In this document: positions 1 to 13,633 of the stretch, piece by piece
How the letters are laid out: each line of letters starts with the position of its first letter
How positions within the stretch are numbered: position 1 is the first letter of the stretch
Assembly: GCA_964016885.1 (NCBI GenBank)
Contig: OZ024756.1
Coordinates: 39,990,001 to 40,054,000 of the forward strand
Direction: 5' to 3'
DNA: 64,000 nt
Source of the DNA: Eledone cirrhosa
Taxonomy: Eukaryota
Translations under genes and position numbers: made by a program
The notes under the pieces: model-generated
Told to the model about the DNA's origin: nothing
The model's input: only the letters and a program-made list of their open reading frames with translations
The model's database searches: none

Positions 1-882
1 AAGAGTTTGCAGCCACCATGTATGTTGTAACCAGTGCATGGTCGGATCTTCGTCGACTAAACCGTCAACCCCACCAAGCTTGCTTGGTGAGGAAGGTGAA
101 TTTGGACACCCTACGGGATGAAAAACAAAACCCGTCAAAGGGCGAAGGAACTCAGGACAGTCAACGGACATCTAACGATGAGGGCCATTTTCTTTTTCCG
201 ATATTTTGCCGCTAAACGAAGAACCATGTTTTAAGGATTCAGTTTTTTTTCTTCTACAAATATTTATTCACCTCACCCATTAGCTACCCTTTTATCAGGC
301 CTCTATTATCTACCCAGCCATACATCTTATCTTCTATGATATAAGCAGACCAGACCCTACTGTAAGACACTCACTATATTAGCTACCCCATTATCAAGGC
401 AACATATCTACCCAGCTAGGTACACACCCTATTTTTCTATGATATAAGCAACCTTCACTGTAATAAAGTCTCTATGTTTACAATGTCAGCCAACTATGAA
501 CAATTCCTTCAGCACATTCCTCTTTTCTTATCATCTACAGATATGATCTCCATGTTTACCTTAGCAACTTTGTTGTTTTGAAATTATATAACGTAGTGTA
601 GTGCTGGGTGGTGTACTATAGTGTAGTGTTGTGTAGTTTAGTGTAGTGTAGGGTAGTGTTGTATAGTGTAGTGTTGTGTAGTGTAGGGTAGTGTTGTATA
701 GTGTAGTGTTGTGTAGTGTAGGGTTGTGTAGTGTAGTGTTGTGTAGTGTTCTGTGGTGTAGTGTAGTGTAGTGTTGTAGAGAGACCAAGTAAGATGATTC
801 GTTGTACGCATGAATGTATATGTATGTATGTGTGTATGTATATATATATGTGTGTGTGTGAAAAGATTGAGGACGCTATCTG

Positions 883-926
<44 letters not shown>

Positions 927-1893
927 CCTTAGATAGTGCCATATATAGGTGACAATGGTGTAGAATATGTGTGGCAAGGGTTGGTGGTTCTGTGGCGACC
1001 AATGTCAGTGATGACACAGACGGTAATGTGGCTTGAACAATGGTGACATCTACGTCACACCTCCACCACATCACCACATCCCCCCCCCCACTACAACCAC
1101 CATCACCACCACGTCCTCACCACAACACCACCATCACCACCACTACAACCACCATCACCACCACGTCCTCACCACAACACCACCATCACCACCACTACAA
1201 CCACCATCAACACCACTAAGGTCTCCACCCCAATCAACATTACCACCACTCCCTCAATTTTACTTTAGTATTCATCACGTGACATGGTGGGGGAGGGGTG
1301 GGCTAGACAGAGCATCACATACTCCGACCCTGTAATAAATGCCGACATCCTTTCAAAACTGTTTTTCTGGACTAATTGGGTTGTCAGACACCTAATGTCG
1401 CCCACTTCACCCTCACTGGAGCCTCTCCCCACCCGTCTGCCACCGAGCGACCACTCCTGCCCCCTCCACCATTGGAGCCACCCAACGACTCCTACCCCAC
1501 CATCCACTGAAGCCTCTCCCCACTCAACTACCAGCCCCACCTCACCATCCCCCCCACCACTCCACAGAGAGAAGAGGGTGAGTGTGAGTCGGGGTTTGGA
1601 TGTGATGAGTTCAGGTGAGGAAGATTAAAAGACGGGATATGTTCCAGTTGGTAAAGGTAAGAGGAGGTAAAGATACGGGGTTGGTGGTGGTGGTGGTGGT
1701 GGTGGTATTGTTGTTGTTTGTGGTGGTGTTGGTGGTGGTGGTGGTGGTAGTAGTGGTATTGTTGTTGCTGTTGTTGTTGTTGGTGGTGGTGGTGTTGGTG
1801 GTAGTAGTGGTGTTGTTGTTGTTGGTGGTGGTGGTGGCAGTGGTGGTGGTGGCGGTGGTGTCTAGCTTTCGCGTTTTCTCGTCATTATCATTT

Positions 1894-2080
1894 ATTGGCA
1901 GTATCGGTAGAGCGTCGGGCGCCATGCTTTGCAGCACAGAGTTACGTCCCTTTCTGATCTGAGTTCAAATCCCGCCGAGATTAACTTTGCCTTTCATCCT
2001 TACGGGGTCGATAAAATAAAGTACCAGTAATGCACTGGGGTAATTGCCGGCCTTGTGCCAAAAGTAGAAACAATTATTAT
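1894..2080 (+). mobile_element. tRNA-derived SINE
   Basis: A box TGGCAGTATCGG, B box GTTCAAATCC, central GCCTTTCATCCTT..GGGGTCGATAAAATAAAGTACC, (ATT)n tail; many copies in the window. Confidence 0.85.
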
Positions 2081-2084
2081 TTAT

Positions 2085-3180
2085 ATATACTATATACACA
2101 TGTATACATATGTATGTGTGTGTGTGTGTGTATATATATACTATATACACATGTATACATATGTGTGTGTATATATATACTATATACACATGTATACATA
2201 TGTATGTGTGTGTGTGTATGTGTATATATATACTATATACACATGTATACATATGTGTGTGTATATATATATACTATATACACATGTATACATATGTATG
2301 TGTGTGTGTATGTGTATATATATATACTATATACACATGTATACATATGTATGTGTGTGTGTATGTGTATATATATACTATATACACATGTATACATATG
2401 TATGTGTATATATATACTATATACACATGTATACATATGTATACATGTGTATATAGTATATATAATATTCTATATACACATGTATACATATGTGTGTGTA
2501 TATATATACTATATACACATGTATACATATGTATGTGTGTGTGTATGTGTATATATATATACTATATACACATGTATACATATGTATGTGTGTGTGTATG
2601 TGTATATATATACTATATACACATGTATACATATGTATGTGTATATATATACTATATACACATGTATACATATGTATGTGTGTGTGTATGTGTATATATA
2701 TACTATATACACATGTATACATATGTATGTGTATATATATACTATATACACATGTATACATATGTGTGTGTGTGTGTATGTATGTATATACTATATACAC
2801 ATGTATACATATGTGTGTGTGTGTATGTATGTATATACTATATACACATGTATACATATGTATGTGTATATATATACTATATACACATGTATACATATGT
2901 ATGTGTATATATATACTATATACACATGTATACATATGTATGTGTATATATATACTATATACACATGTATACATATGTGTGTGTATATATATACTATATA
3001 CACATGTATACATATGTGTGTGTGTGTGTATGTATGTATATACTATATACACATGTATACATATGTATGTGTATATATATACTATATACACATGTATACA
3101 TATGTATGTGTATATATATACTATATACACATGTATACATATGTGTGTGTATATATATACTATATACACATGTATACATA

Positions 3181-3212
<32 letters not shown>

Positions 3213-3292
3213 CTATATACACATGTATACATATGTATGTGTATATATATACTATATACACATGTATACATATGTGTGTGTGTGTGTATGTA
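2085..3292. repeat. Compound minisatellite: constant TACTATATACACATGTATACATATG core with variable (TG)n(TA)n linkers
   Basis: Direct reading. Confidence 0.95.
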
Positions 3293-3496
3293 TGGTCCCA
3301 TAACTCCTGATAGAGTGGTAGGGTGGTGTATTGACATACAACGTTTCTAGGACATTCTCAGCCTGGCAGAGTCCATCCCTCTTCCAGATAGAAAGTGACA
3401 GAGAGGAAATGAGAAAGAGGTATTAGAGGAAGAATCAACCCAGTACTAGACTGCTACTTTTTGTCGTCGACCTCGAAAGGATGAAAGGCAAAATTG

Positions 3497-3527
<31 letters not shown>

Positions 3528-3533
3528 TCTCTC

Positions 3534-3588
<55 letters not shown>

Positions 3589-3720
3589 AGAGGTTATATT
3601 TAATTTGTTGGGATTCAACAAGCTTAAACATTTTTATAACTGATATAAAGCACTCAACAGCTTAGTGGAGTAAATACACAATATATTAATAAATGGAAAC
3701 TATATTTATAAAACCAAATT

Positions 3721-3786
3721 TATTTTATTATACATATTTCAAGGGCAACCAAGGCTAATTATGGTCCGCTTTCATCAGATAAAATA
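3721..3786 (-). ncRNA. Type I hammerhead ribozyme (family A, inverted arm)
   Basis: Reverse complement of the 3890-3955 motif with one stem II difference. Confidence 0.75.
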
Positions 3787-3889
3787 CAGATTTGTTTTAT
3801 AAATAAATATAGACATACCCTGGATAGCTCCAACCGTTAAGGTTGTCTTTTTTCAGGGTATGTCTATATTTATTTATAAAACAAATCTG

Positions 3890-3955
3890 TATTTTATCTG
3901 ATGAAAGCTGACCATAATTAGCCTTGGTTGCCCTTGAAATATGTATAATAAAATA
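3890..3955 (+). ncRNA. Type I hammerhead ribozyme (family A)
   Basis: TATTTTAT-CTGATGA-stem II-GAAA-T-ATGT-ATA-ATAAAATA; stem I 8 bp, minimal stem III, predicted cleavage after 3947. Confidence 0.75.
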
Positions 3956-4088
3956 AATTTGGTTTTATAAATATAGTTTCCATTTATTAATATATTGTGT
4001 ATTTACTCCACTAAGCTGTTGAGTGCTTTATATCAGTTATAAAAATGTTTAAGCTTGTTGAATCCCAACAAATTAAATATAACCTCTG

Positions 4089-4138
<50 letters not shown>

Positions 4139-4418
4139 ACACTCTATACACCCCACACCATATACCCCACCTGGAAACAATCTTGTATTAATGTTTCCTT
4201 CGTTTTCCTTCTATCAACATCGTTCTTTATTGTTCCACTTTGCTGACATTAATCTATTTCTTCCAACTATTTCCTGTCTTAACATCTTTTATCTCAACAA
4301 ATAACACAAAAATCACATCCTTAGAGCAAATTAAACCGATAATATTTCCTCAGCTAAACTTTCTAATTTGTTTAAGCGACGCCATTTTGACTCTGCTCCT
4401 CTCCTCTCTTCTCCTTTC

Positions 4419-4715
4419 CTACCTACCTACCTACCTACCTACCTACCTACCTACCTACCCATCTACCTCACCTATCTACCTACCTACCTCACCTACCTAC
4501 CTACCTACCTCACCTATCTATCTACCTACCCATCTACCTACCTACCTCACCTATCTACCTACCTCACCTATCTACCTCTCTACCTACCTACCTACTTACC
4601 TACCTCACCTACCTACCTACCTACTTACCTACCTACCTACCTACCTACCTACCTACCTACCTACCTACCTACCTACCTCACCTACCTACCTACCTACCTA
4701 CCTACCTACCTACCC
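4419..4715. repeat. (CTAC)n microsatellite
   Basis: Direct reading. Confidence 0.95.
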
Positions 4716-4780
4716 ACCTCTCCATTCCTTTATTCTATCATTAATCCCCCACGACAAATGACAGCAGCAACTCCGGCGAT

Positions 4781-5160
4781 AACACCATCACCACTCCAAC
4801 AACAACAACAATAACACCAACACCATCACCACTCCAACAACAACAACAATAACACCAACACCATCACCACTCCAACAACAACAACAATAACACCAACACC
4901 ATCACCACTCCAACAACAACAACAATAACACCAACACCATCACCACTCCAACAACAACAACAATAACACCAACACCATCACCATCACCACCACCACAACA
5001 ACAATAACACCAACACCATCACCACTCCAACAACAACAACAATAACACCAACACCATCACCACTGCAACAACAACAACAATAACACCAACACCATCACCA
5101 CTCCAACAACAACAACAATAACACCAACACCATCACCACTGCAACAACAACAACAAGCAG
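4781..5160. repeat. 38-bp CAA/CAC-rich minisatellite
   Basis: CAACACCATCACCACTCCAACAACAACAACAATAACAC unit. Confidence 0.9.
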
Positions 5161-5542
5161 CACCAACAACATCACCATCACCACCACCACAACAACAGCA
5201 GCAAAAACATCAACAGCAACAACAGCAACAACACCACCACCACCACCATCACCATCACAACAAGAAGCGCAAACACCAACATCGCCACAAACAACAGCAA
5301 CAACAACATCATCATCATCATCGTCACCACAAAAACAACAAATGATAGCAACAACAACAACAACAACAGCAATAACAATAACGAGGAGCAGCAACAAGGC
5401 AAATTGACCTGTTAGAAATAGCAGTGAAATCTCCCTCGGCGTGATTTGAACTCAGAATGTAAAGGGCTGTAACTATATATCACAAAGTACGTTATCCGAC
5501 ACTCTACCAATTTTGCCAATCCACAGCCCTTTTACAGTTTCT

Positions 5543-5729
5543 AATAATTGTTTCTATTTTTAGCACAAGGCCAGCAATTACCCTAGTGCATTACTGGTAC
5601 TTTATTTTGTCGTCGACCTCGTAAGGATGAAAGACGAAGCTGACCTCGGCAGGATTTGAACTCAGACTGTAAAGGGACGTAACTCTATGCTGCAAAGCAT
5701 GGCGTCCGACCCTCTACTGCCAACCTACC
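5543..5729 (-). mobile_element. tRNA-derived SINE (same family)
   Basis: Reverse complement of the 1894-2080 family. Confidence 0.85.
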
Positions 5730-6330
5730 GTGATGTCTATGTTTATAAGAGCGAGATAACATGACAAAGAAATACAGTGGAGCTCTTAAGTGGAAGAAGA
5801 TAACAAAAAACGACCCCTTCTTGTCATGGAAAATATGTAAGTCTTGTAATCCTTATCTTGTTTAAACATATGAAATAATCTAGATTTTAAACTAAGGGTT
5901 TGTTATTGCTAAGAAAAGGGGTTTTATGATAGGGAAAGAAAATAGAGTTGGGGATATTTGTAAAGAGACAAATATTGTACATAGATTGTTATTTTTTAAT
6001 GGCAAACAGCTATTGCTTTTGCCTTTTTTAATGCTTCCGGGGGAATTGTACCAGTAATTCAAAGGGTCAACCTTGTCCCACAGTCTGTACTGATTAGACG
6101 ATGGATTTTCCTCGAGATTTACGTTAAGAGTACACGTGTTTGTGGAATTCCCAGCTACATATGCGCTAATTTCTCGAGTAGACAGCTCTGTTATTCAAAC
6201 AGCTTGAACACTCATCGTTGATACTGACGGAAGTCCATATCAATCTCATAAAGTCCTCCACAATGGAAGCAATCTTCACTCAGAATGTGATTCTGCGATC
6301 TACTTAACCATAGCCTATATATACATGCAA

Positions 6331-6361
<31 letters not shown>

Positions 6362-6553
6362 CATACACTAATTTATGTACACATACGTACCCCCCCCCCA
6401 CACACACACACATATATGTGTGTGTGTGTGTGTGTGTGTGTACACGTACGCATGCATCTTATTCTGAAAATGTCGGACTTACTCTTTCAAGTAATTTTTG
6501 TGGGAAAATATTTTGGTAACCAGCATAAATGGACAAAGTTCTGTCGTTTGTTT

Positions 6554-6590
<37 letters not shown>

Positions 6591-6878
6591 TTGTCGCTTT
6601 CTTTACACACACATATGTATATATATATACACACAATTTGTTTTATTATACTAGTAAGCGTTGTTTCAACCATGTGTTGTACACATTACTCTGGTATGTA
6701 TAAAATATTGTATTCCCTCTCAACCTTTAGAAATCGACCGCGTCTCCACTCTACGTTTCTTTATGTTTGCAGAAGAAACTCTCTAATGTTTGAAGTGAAA
6801 AAAAATATGTTAAGAAAACCAACGTATAAAACGCTATTATGGAAGGTTTATTTCTTTATTTCTATATATATACATGTA

Positions 6879-7024
<146 letters not shown>

Positions 7025-7352
7025 ATACAAAGAAATACACAGACACATGCGAATACATACATATACATGCATATACCCACATATATCCCTGAATTTGTGT
7101 GGTGCCGACCTTAACCGTTGTTGCTCTATGAATAATAGGGACAAAATAATCTGACTGGATTAGATTGATTCAATATCAGAGCTATATAATACATTATAAA
7201 GAAAGAAGGCAACCTCACAAAAATACTGCATCTCTATGATGTAATGTTTTTGCATAATAGCCACGAAACTACGTAGTCGAGGATAATGAAGGAATTTAAG
7301 TATATTATATCTTTTTATTGATATCTAATTTTTCTTCTTTCTTTATAATGTA

Positions 7353-7400
<48 letters not shown>

Positions 7401-7722
7401 GTGTGTGTGTCGTGTGTGTGTGTGTGTATTACTTAGAAGGGAAACAAAAAAAAAACATGATAGACAAAAACATGTGAACATATATCCTAAAAGTAACATT
7501 AATAATACATCACAGAAGTGCACACACACTCACTTGCACACACACACACACGTACACACACACAAATACAAATACACATATTATAATTCTTGATATGTTT
7601 CGTCCATTCGTTCGTACGTTACATTAGAGACTTGTGAGGAAATGAATGAAGAACAGAGACATATGGTTTTAGAGCAAGGTAGACTTAGACACCAAGAGAG
7701 AAGAGATAATATGCAACTAGAC

Positions 7723-7860
7723 CAGGGGTCCCCAACCCCCGGTCCGCGGGCCACATCCGACCCGCGAAGGCCTTTATCCTGGCCGCCAGGGTTCTATGGG
7801 AATTCGTAAATTTCAAGATTTCATTTATCTCAAATCACACTCCAGAATTCAGCATTATTT
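7723..7860 (+). mobile_element. hAT (Charlie-like) DNA transposon left end
   Basis: CAGGGGTCCCCAAC terminus followed by GC-rich CCGCGGGCCACATCCGACCCGCG subterminal motif; right end not found. Confidence 0.55.
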
Positions 7861-8685
7861 CGTTATTACCTATCTGTCTATTTTTACCAGACGCACATGC
7901 GTGATTGCCAATGACCTTCACCCTATTGTTTGCGTATGTCGCAACACAGCTACGCAGGTGTACGGCATCTTATTTTGGGTAAAATAAAACATCTACAGCG
8001 CATGCGCAGGCTTTCTAGCGTTCATACGTCAACGCGTTTAAAAGACGTCCGTCTTTTAAATAGTTCCTCTTCATGTTTTCGTCCGTGGAATTTACACGGG
8101 TCCCGCTAGTATTTTTGTTATGTTACTTGTTTCAGTCGTTAGACGGCAGCCATATTGTGGAACGACCTTGAAGGGATTTCAGTCGATAATATCGACGCCT
8201 AGTGTTTATTTCTTAAAGTCTTATACTTACCTATCAATCAACTTATATTCTAACGCTTCCCTCCCAACACCATACAGTCCTCCAGATGTTCATTACCTAT
8301 CACCAGATCTACAAACGGTGTCCCACATTATGCTGTTCACCAGATGTCCACTACCACCACACTGTCCACCAGTTGTCTATTACCACCAGATGTATCGACG
8401 ATGTCCCACCACCACACTGTCCACTAGATGTCACAACACCACACTGTCCACCAGATATCCCACCACCACCACCACCACACTGTCCACTAGATGTCACAAC
8501 ACCACACTGTCCACCAGATCTATCACCAGATATCCCACCACCACCACCACACTGTCCACTAGATGTCACAACACCACACTGTCTCACCAGATGTAACTCA
8601 ATACTTCCAACATATTTGTTTCTGTCGTTTCTTTTCTTATTGACTTAGCATATGTCTTTCATCTTGTATGTTATAGCTATGTTGT

Positions 8686-8724
<39 letters not shown>

Positions 8725-8798
8725 CTATACTAGTAGTAGTTGTGGTAGTAGTAGCAGTAGTAGTAGTAGTGGTGGTGGTGTTAGTTGTAGTAGTTGTG

Positions 8799-8834
<36 letters not shown>

Positions 8835-8867
8835 TTAGTAGTAGTAGCTATACTAGTAGTAGTTGTG

Positions 8868-8915
<48 letters not shown>

Positions 8916-10077
8916 ATCGTTTTTATTATAAATGTGCTGTGTTGTTCTCATTGGTGATGGTAACGATGAAGATGATAATAGTGGTTCTGATGGTGGTAAT
9001 GGTGGTGTTTCTGGTGGTGTTTCTGGTGGTGGTCCTGGTGTTAGTGGTAGTGGTGGGTCTGGTAGTAGTGTTGTTGTTGTTTAAGATTGTGATGATGCTG
9101 TTTTAATTATTTCTTTACATCCATTTCCTGCAGCCAACGTAATACATATGGTTGTGTTGGATTAATTAGAAACGTGTGTGTGCATGTGTAACTGTGTGTT
9201 GGTATATTTCCCCTGTGTGTGTGTGTGTGTATGTGTGTTATTTTGCATGAGTATATATTTTTTGTTAAAGACAGTGGACAGTGTGTAGATATATATACAC
9301 TCTCAGGTCTTTCTTGAATAATCCCCCCCCCCTTTTAATTTTTCAGATTTTTTTTTTACATGTATGTATGTATCTTTCTTAATTCTTGAAATGTTTTTCT
9401 GTAAAGTTGAGGCTAACGAAGAAATTCGTCGTCAACAATGGCAAGGACATACAACTCACTGATAAGATTGTCTCCCCTGCTTTCACTCTTCTTCTTCTTC
9501 TTCTTCCACACATGGGTCGTCAGTTCTCGCGATTTAACGTATGTAATGGAAGAGCCGCTTTGATAACGTTGATCGGAGATGGGTAGCGTAGAATGTGATA
9601 ACTAGGTGAGAGATGTTGTAGTTAGTTTATTGAGTTGTGTGATAGTGTGAGGTGTTTAGCTTGTAAATAGAGTTTAGTTGTGTGTAATGATGATATCTTA
9701 AATCTTGTGTTATCTGTACTATTTCAAAAGACATCTACCACGATTATAGATGGTGTTTTACAGTATTAAAATGTAGTTAAAGTAAGTTAGTAACCTTGTG
9801 AGACGAGATTGTTGGTGAGGCCAGTGCTGGTGTGTATATATATGAGAGAGGTAGCACACTGGAAGGTAATATCCGTAGTGGTAGAGCACTCAGTCCATGG
9901 GACGAGTTTGGTGGTGGTGGTGATTGTGTTGATCTCAGTTTGACAATCGCCACGACCACCGACGAATGCGAGAAAGTTCTCCAAGAAAGTTAACCAGGAA
10001 TCTTTAAAATTCTTCCCACCGAAGTTAACAAAGAACTTACTAGATCTACCAACTCATAATATTATAATATTATAATA

Positions 10078-10190
10078 TCCCGCCGAGGTTAATTTTGCCT
10101 TTCATCCTTACGGGGTCGATAATATAAAGTACCAGTAATGTACTGGGTAATTGTTGGCCTTGTGCCTAAAGTAGAAACAATTATAATATT
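10078..10190 (+). mobile_element. 5'-truncated SINE with ATTATAATAT target-site duplication
   Basis: Begins within the B box; ATTATAATAT on both sides. Confidence 0.8.
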
Positions 10191-10460
10191 ATAAAATTAA
10201 ATCAAATTATTTAGAACTACAAGTGAAGTCATTCTTTTCCTTTTTTTCAAATATACCTAACTGTACCAAGGATCTCACACATTTTCAAATATATATATAT
10301 ATATTAAAATACAGAAGATCCCGTTAAGGGTGAAAGCAGCGATTCTTTCCTTTAACTTTAATCTGTTATTTTAATAAATATTTGCTCTATGGTTCTTATA
10401 TATTTGATATATATTTATCTTGAGCCCTCTTTGGATTTTAGTCTTCAAATTTATTATTAT

Positions 10461-10496
<36 letters not shown>

Positions 10497-10497
<1 letters not shown>

Positions 10498-10659
10498 AGA
10501 CCTACCAACCTCTAAAAACCCAAACGGAGAAAAACGAGGCAAAATGGGGAGATTTTACATAATGAAAGCTATACCAATTTTCACAAGGGAAGACATCTTT
10601 TACCAAACCCAAAGTGGGTGGGAGAACTCCTCGTCGGACGGGGAGAGTTGATAGGTCTG
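10497..10659. mobile_element. MITE with CAGACCT..CAAC TIRs (possibly hAT-related)
   Basis: TIRs CAGACCTACCAAC / GTTGATAGGTCTG; second copy at 56245-56405. Confidence 0.65.
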
Positions 10660-11054
10660 CATAGCTCAGTCGATAGATTCAGAGAGTTTATTAAAGCTGA
10701 ATGTTCGCTGATGGAAGAAGCATTTATAATTATTGCTGAAGGTTTTCTTTATGGTGTATTGTACCGTGTAGTCTCTCGAGTGTCATTTATTGAAATTATG
10801 TTCTGAAAATGTATGTTTTACACGGTATTTATTAAGGAAATTGTTGTTGAATAATTGAAAAGAAAGATAATATTGTTCTGTGGTAGATGTGAAAACTATT
10901 AACTTGAAAAGAAAATAATGAAGTAGTGTTGAAATATACTGCAGTGGCGTAGTTGCAGCCGTGTGTTTAACCAAGCTTGTATGAACATGGGTCTGATTCA
11001 TACAACAAACCACATGTATGGAGATACATACAAGCAAACGTACAAGCAGTCACT

Positions 11055-11128
<74 letters not shown>

Positions 11129-11306
11129 CGTTCACATGTTCCCGAGGATTTCATACGAATGATAAAGTTCTAGCGCTTTTGATGTCGCAAGCAAATTTGT
11201 CAAGCTAAAGCTTGTTAAGTACGATTATGAAATTGGAAGCCTATCGAATTCACTGCACCTGTAATTTAAAGGCCCAGCTGTGACTCACACCCATACCCAT
11301 ACATTT

Positions 11307-11367
<61 letters not shown>

Positions 11368-13468
11368 CTTTGCACACCTACACGATGTTTGTGGCTGATG
11401 AGTCATCAGGACAGGTTTTAAATTAAAAAAAAACTTCGTTCGTCTTCAGTTCTATACTAACACACTAAACATATGTTTTTGATGTTGATGATGTTGATTA
11501 TTATTATTATTATTATCATTGTTACTGTTGTTGCTGTTGGTTTATAGGTAAAACGCTAAAATTAGGTTTTTCAGGTACCCCTAGTTCCAACAGTTCTGTT
11601 TTCTTATGTCAACACGAAGAATAGATCCCAGCTCAGTAGGGTAACTTAATTAAAGGTTTCTCACCAACACCTCACTGTAGGGGTGCACTGTGTCTCCCTG
11701 TCGCCCTTATTTACACTTAAGTACACTTGATCTCTTTTTCATCTGCACCCATCTGCATCCTGAAAAGTTCGTGGGGGGGGGGGGGGGCAGAGCCCTCAAT
11801 CACATCATCTAGAGTGTTCTTTTGGAAGTAACCGTCCCCAAATGATCCAACTGGACCTTCCTGATATTATATTTATTTACTACTAAATTTACAACATCTA
11901 CCCCCCCCCCCCCTTTATTTTACCTAGTAAGTCCAGGAAGCAGTGGAAGAGTCCACGTTCGAGAGTGGGGAGGTAAGGTATAGATGCCAGTGATGTTCTG
12001 TTTAGATTGTTGCAGGTCCAGTCTATTAGAAAAGTCATCAGCAGAGAGCGAGTTCGAGAGGGTCGGCCATCTGGGCAGGAAGGACTAGCAAGAATTTAGG
12101 CAAACTTGGCTGTTATTTCTAGCGGTCGATCGACCACATACAGCCCCTACTCCTCCTGATATCGATAACTGCAACATATTGTACTATATTCTGCACTGTA
12201 ATGTACCACACTACAACGTTGTGTACTATTCTACAGTAGAGTACAATACACTGTTGGTGATATTTGTTACTGTCAATGTTGTTGTAGTCGATAGTACCAA
12301 CAGTTTTAGCTGGAGCCGACCTCACCCCAATTTTTACATATATTATTGTCTCAGCAGATATACGCCACCCCGCTGCGTGCAGCAATAACTGCATGTTAAA
12401 TTAGTCAGAGGTATTGTGGTGGAGAAAGATACGATCTTGAAATCTTTTATCAAGACGATAAACCAGTCAGGGATATTTCAGGTATGAAATTGCAAACTGT
12501 ATTCACACCCCGACTGTGTTAAGTCTAAGTATGTTAGAATATCAAAATGGCGAGGCTGGAGAAGAGTTGCTTTGCCACCATTTCATCAGTTTTTGTAAAT
12601 GAGATACTGAAGGAGGTAGGGGGGGGGGGGATCTTTAGATGGAATTTAGCTTAGTAATGAGCCCCCTACGTGGTCACTAGACATGGTAAAAATAACAGTC
12701 AATGCTGCTCCATCAAATCACAACATAGTATCTTTATAAAAACAGGAGAGAGTCATTGAGTAATGTAATACTATATCTTAGAGCAAACCCATACAGTTCA
12801 ACGATCGCTGCGTGTGTAAACTAAGATTAATTAGCGATACATTAAACAATCGTTTATGTAATTTCATGTATCGGCTGATTTATAGTTTCAAATGTTATTA
12901 TGTTCTCATCAGAGACCGCTTAACTAATAACCGTAGAGCTGAGTTTAAAGTGAGTTATTAAGAACTCTGTTGAGTCTGTTACACTGGGGTGAAGATTTGA
13001 CGCATTCTTGTCCAGTTCAGTAACAGCCAGGCACTGATCTGTTACTAAAGAATTAGCCAATGGGGAGCCGTCTTACTCTACATCCAATGAGAATCAACCT
13101 TATTTAGAAACTGGCAATGCCTTTTTCACTCAGAGCCTCACCCCACCCCTCAAAGCAATCAAGAGTGTATTATTTGCCCTCCCTCCCCCCACTCCCTCAT
13201 TGTCACCAATCTTACTCTAGTCAATAGTAAAGGAAGTACCATTGAACCAGGGAGAAATTAATGACGTGGGCAAGAATGAAGATAAAATATGGAAAGGATA
13301 GGTAAGTTTTAGTTTAGTGTTGGTAGGATTATACTAAAATTACTGTAATATATGTATATACAGGGTGTCTCCAAAAATGTATACACACTTCAACAGCATT
13401 CTAATAAATAAATATATATATCTAATTACAACAGTGACATAAACAGTTTCAGCCCGTCATGGCGCATG

Positions 13469-13518
13469 ACAGGCTGAATGAGTTGGGGTCCAGAACCCAA
13501 CGAAACTTGAGTACCTGT
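13469..13518 (+). ncRNA. Type I hammerhead-like ribozyme with 1-nt core insertion (CTGAATGA)
   Basis: ACAGG-CTGAATGA-GTTGGG/CCCAAC-GAAAC-TTGA-GTA-CCTGT; enclosed by ~23-bp inverted repeats (~13424-13537). Confidence 0.6.
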
Positions 13519-13633
13519 TTATGTCACTGTTGTAATTATTTATACTAAACTCGTTCTATTGACTGAGTGCTCTACCCACGGATATTTCCGTCTAACTTTT
13601 ACTACAGTATATTTATATATATATATATATATA

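Larger units (their letters stand above)
3584..4092. mobile_element. Family A fold-back element (Penelope-like pLTR/retrozyme-type), 239-bp inverted arms, in (TA)n
   Basis: Arms 3584-3822 and 3854-4092 are near-perfect reverse complements with a 31-nt spacer; each arm has a hammerhead core; (TA)n on both sides. Confidence 0.8.

Noticed and set aside
1-215. Possible RTE 5' UTR with an HDV-like ribozyme
   Set aside because: Could not build the nested double pseudoknot by eye, and the region is cut by the window edge.
1894-1980. tRNA gene
   Set aside because: A/B boxes belong to a multi-copy SINE head; no cloverleaf.
2085-3292. CRISPR-like repeat/spacer appearance
   Set aside because: Linkers are microsatellites, not unique spacers; eukaryotic context; no cas genes.
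2030-3350. Long YI/CV/HT-rich ORFs (also 24010-24531, 46355-49264 and many others)
   Set aside because: Translations of (TA)n, (TG)n and (CA)n repeats that lack stop codons; no coding signal.
11395-11409. CTGATGA-G-TCATCAG mini-palindrome
   Set aside because: No GAAA or flanking stems; too short to call a ribozyme remnant.
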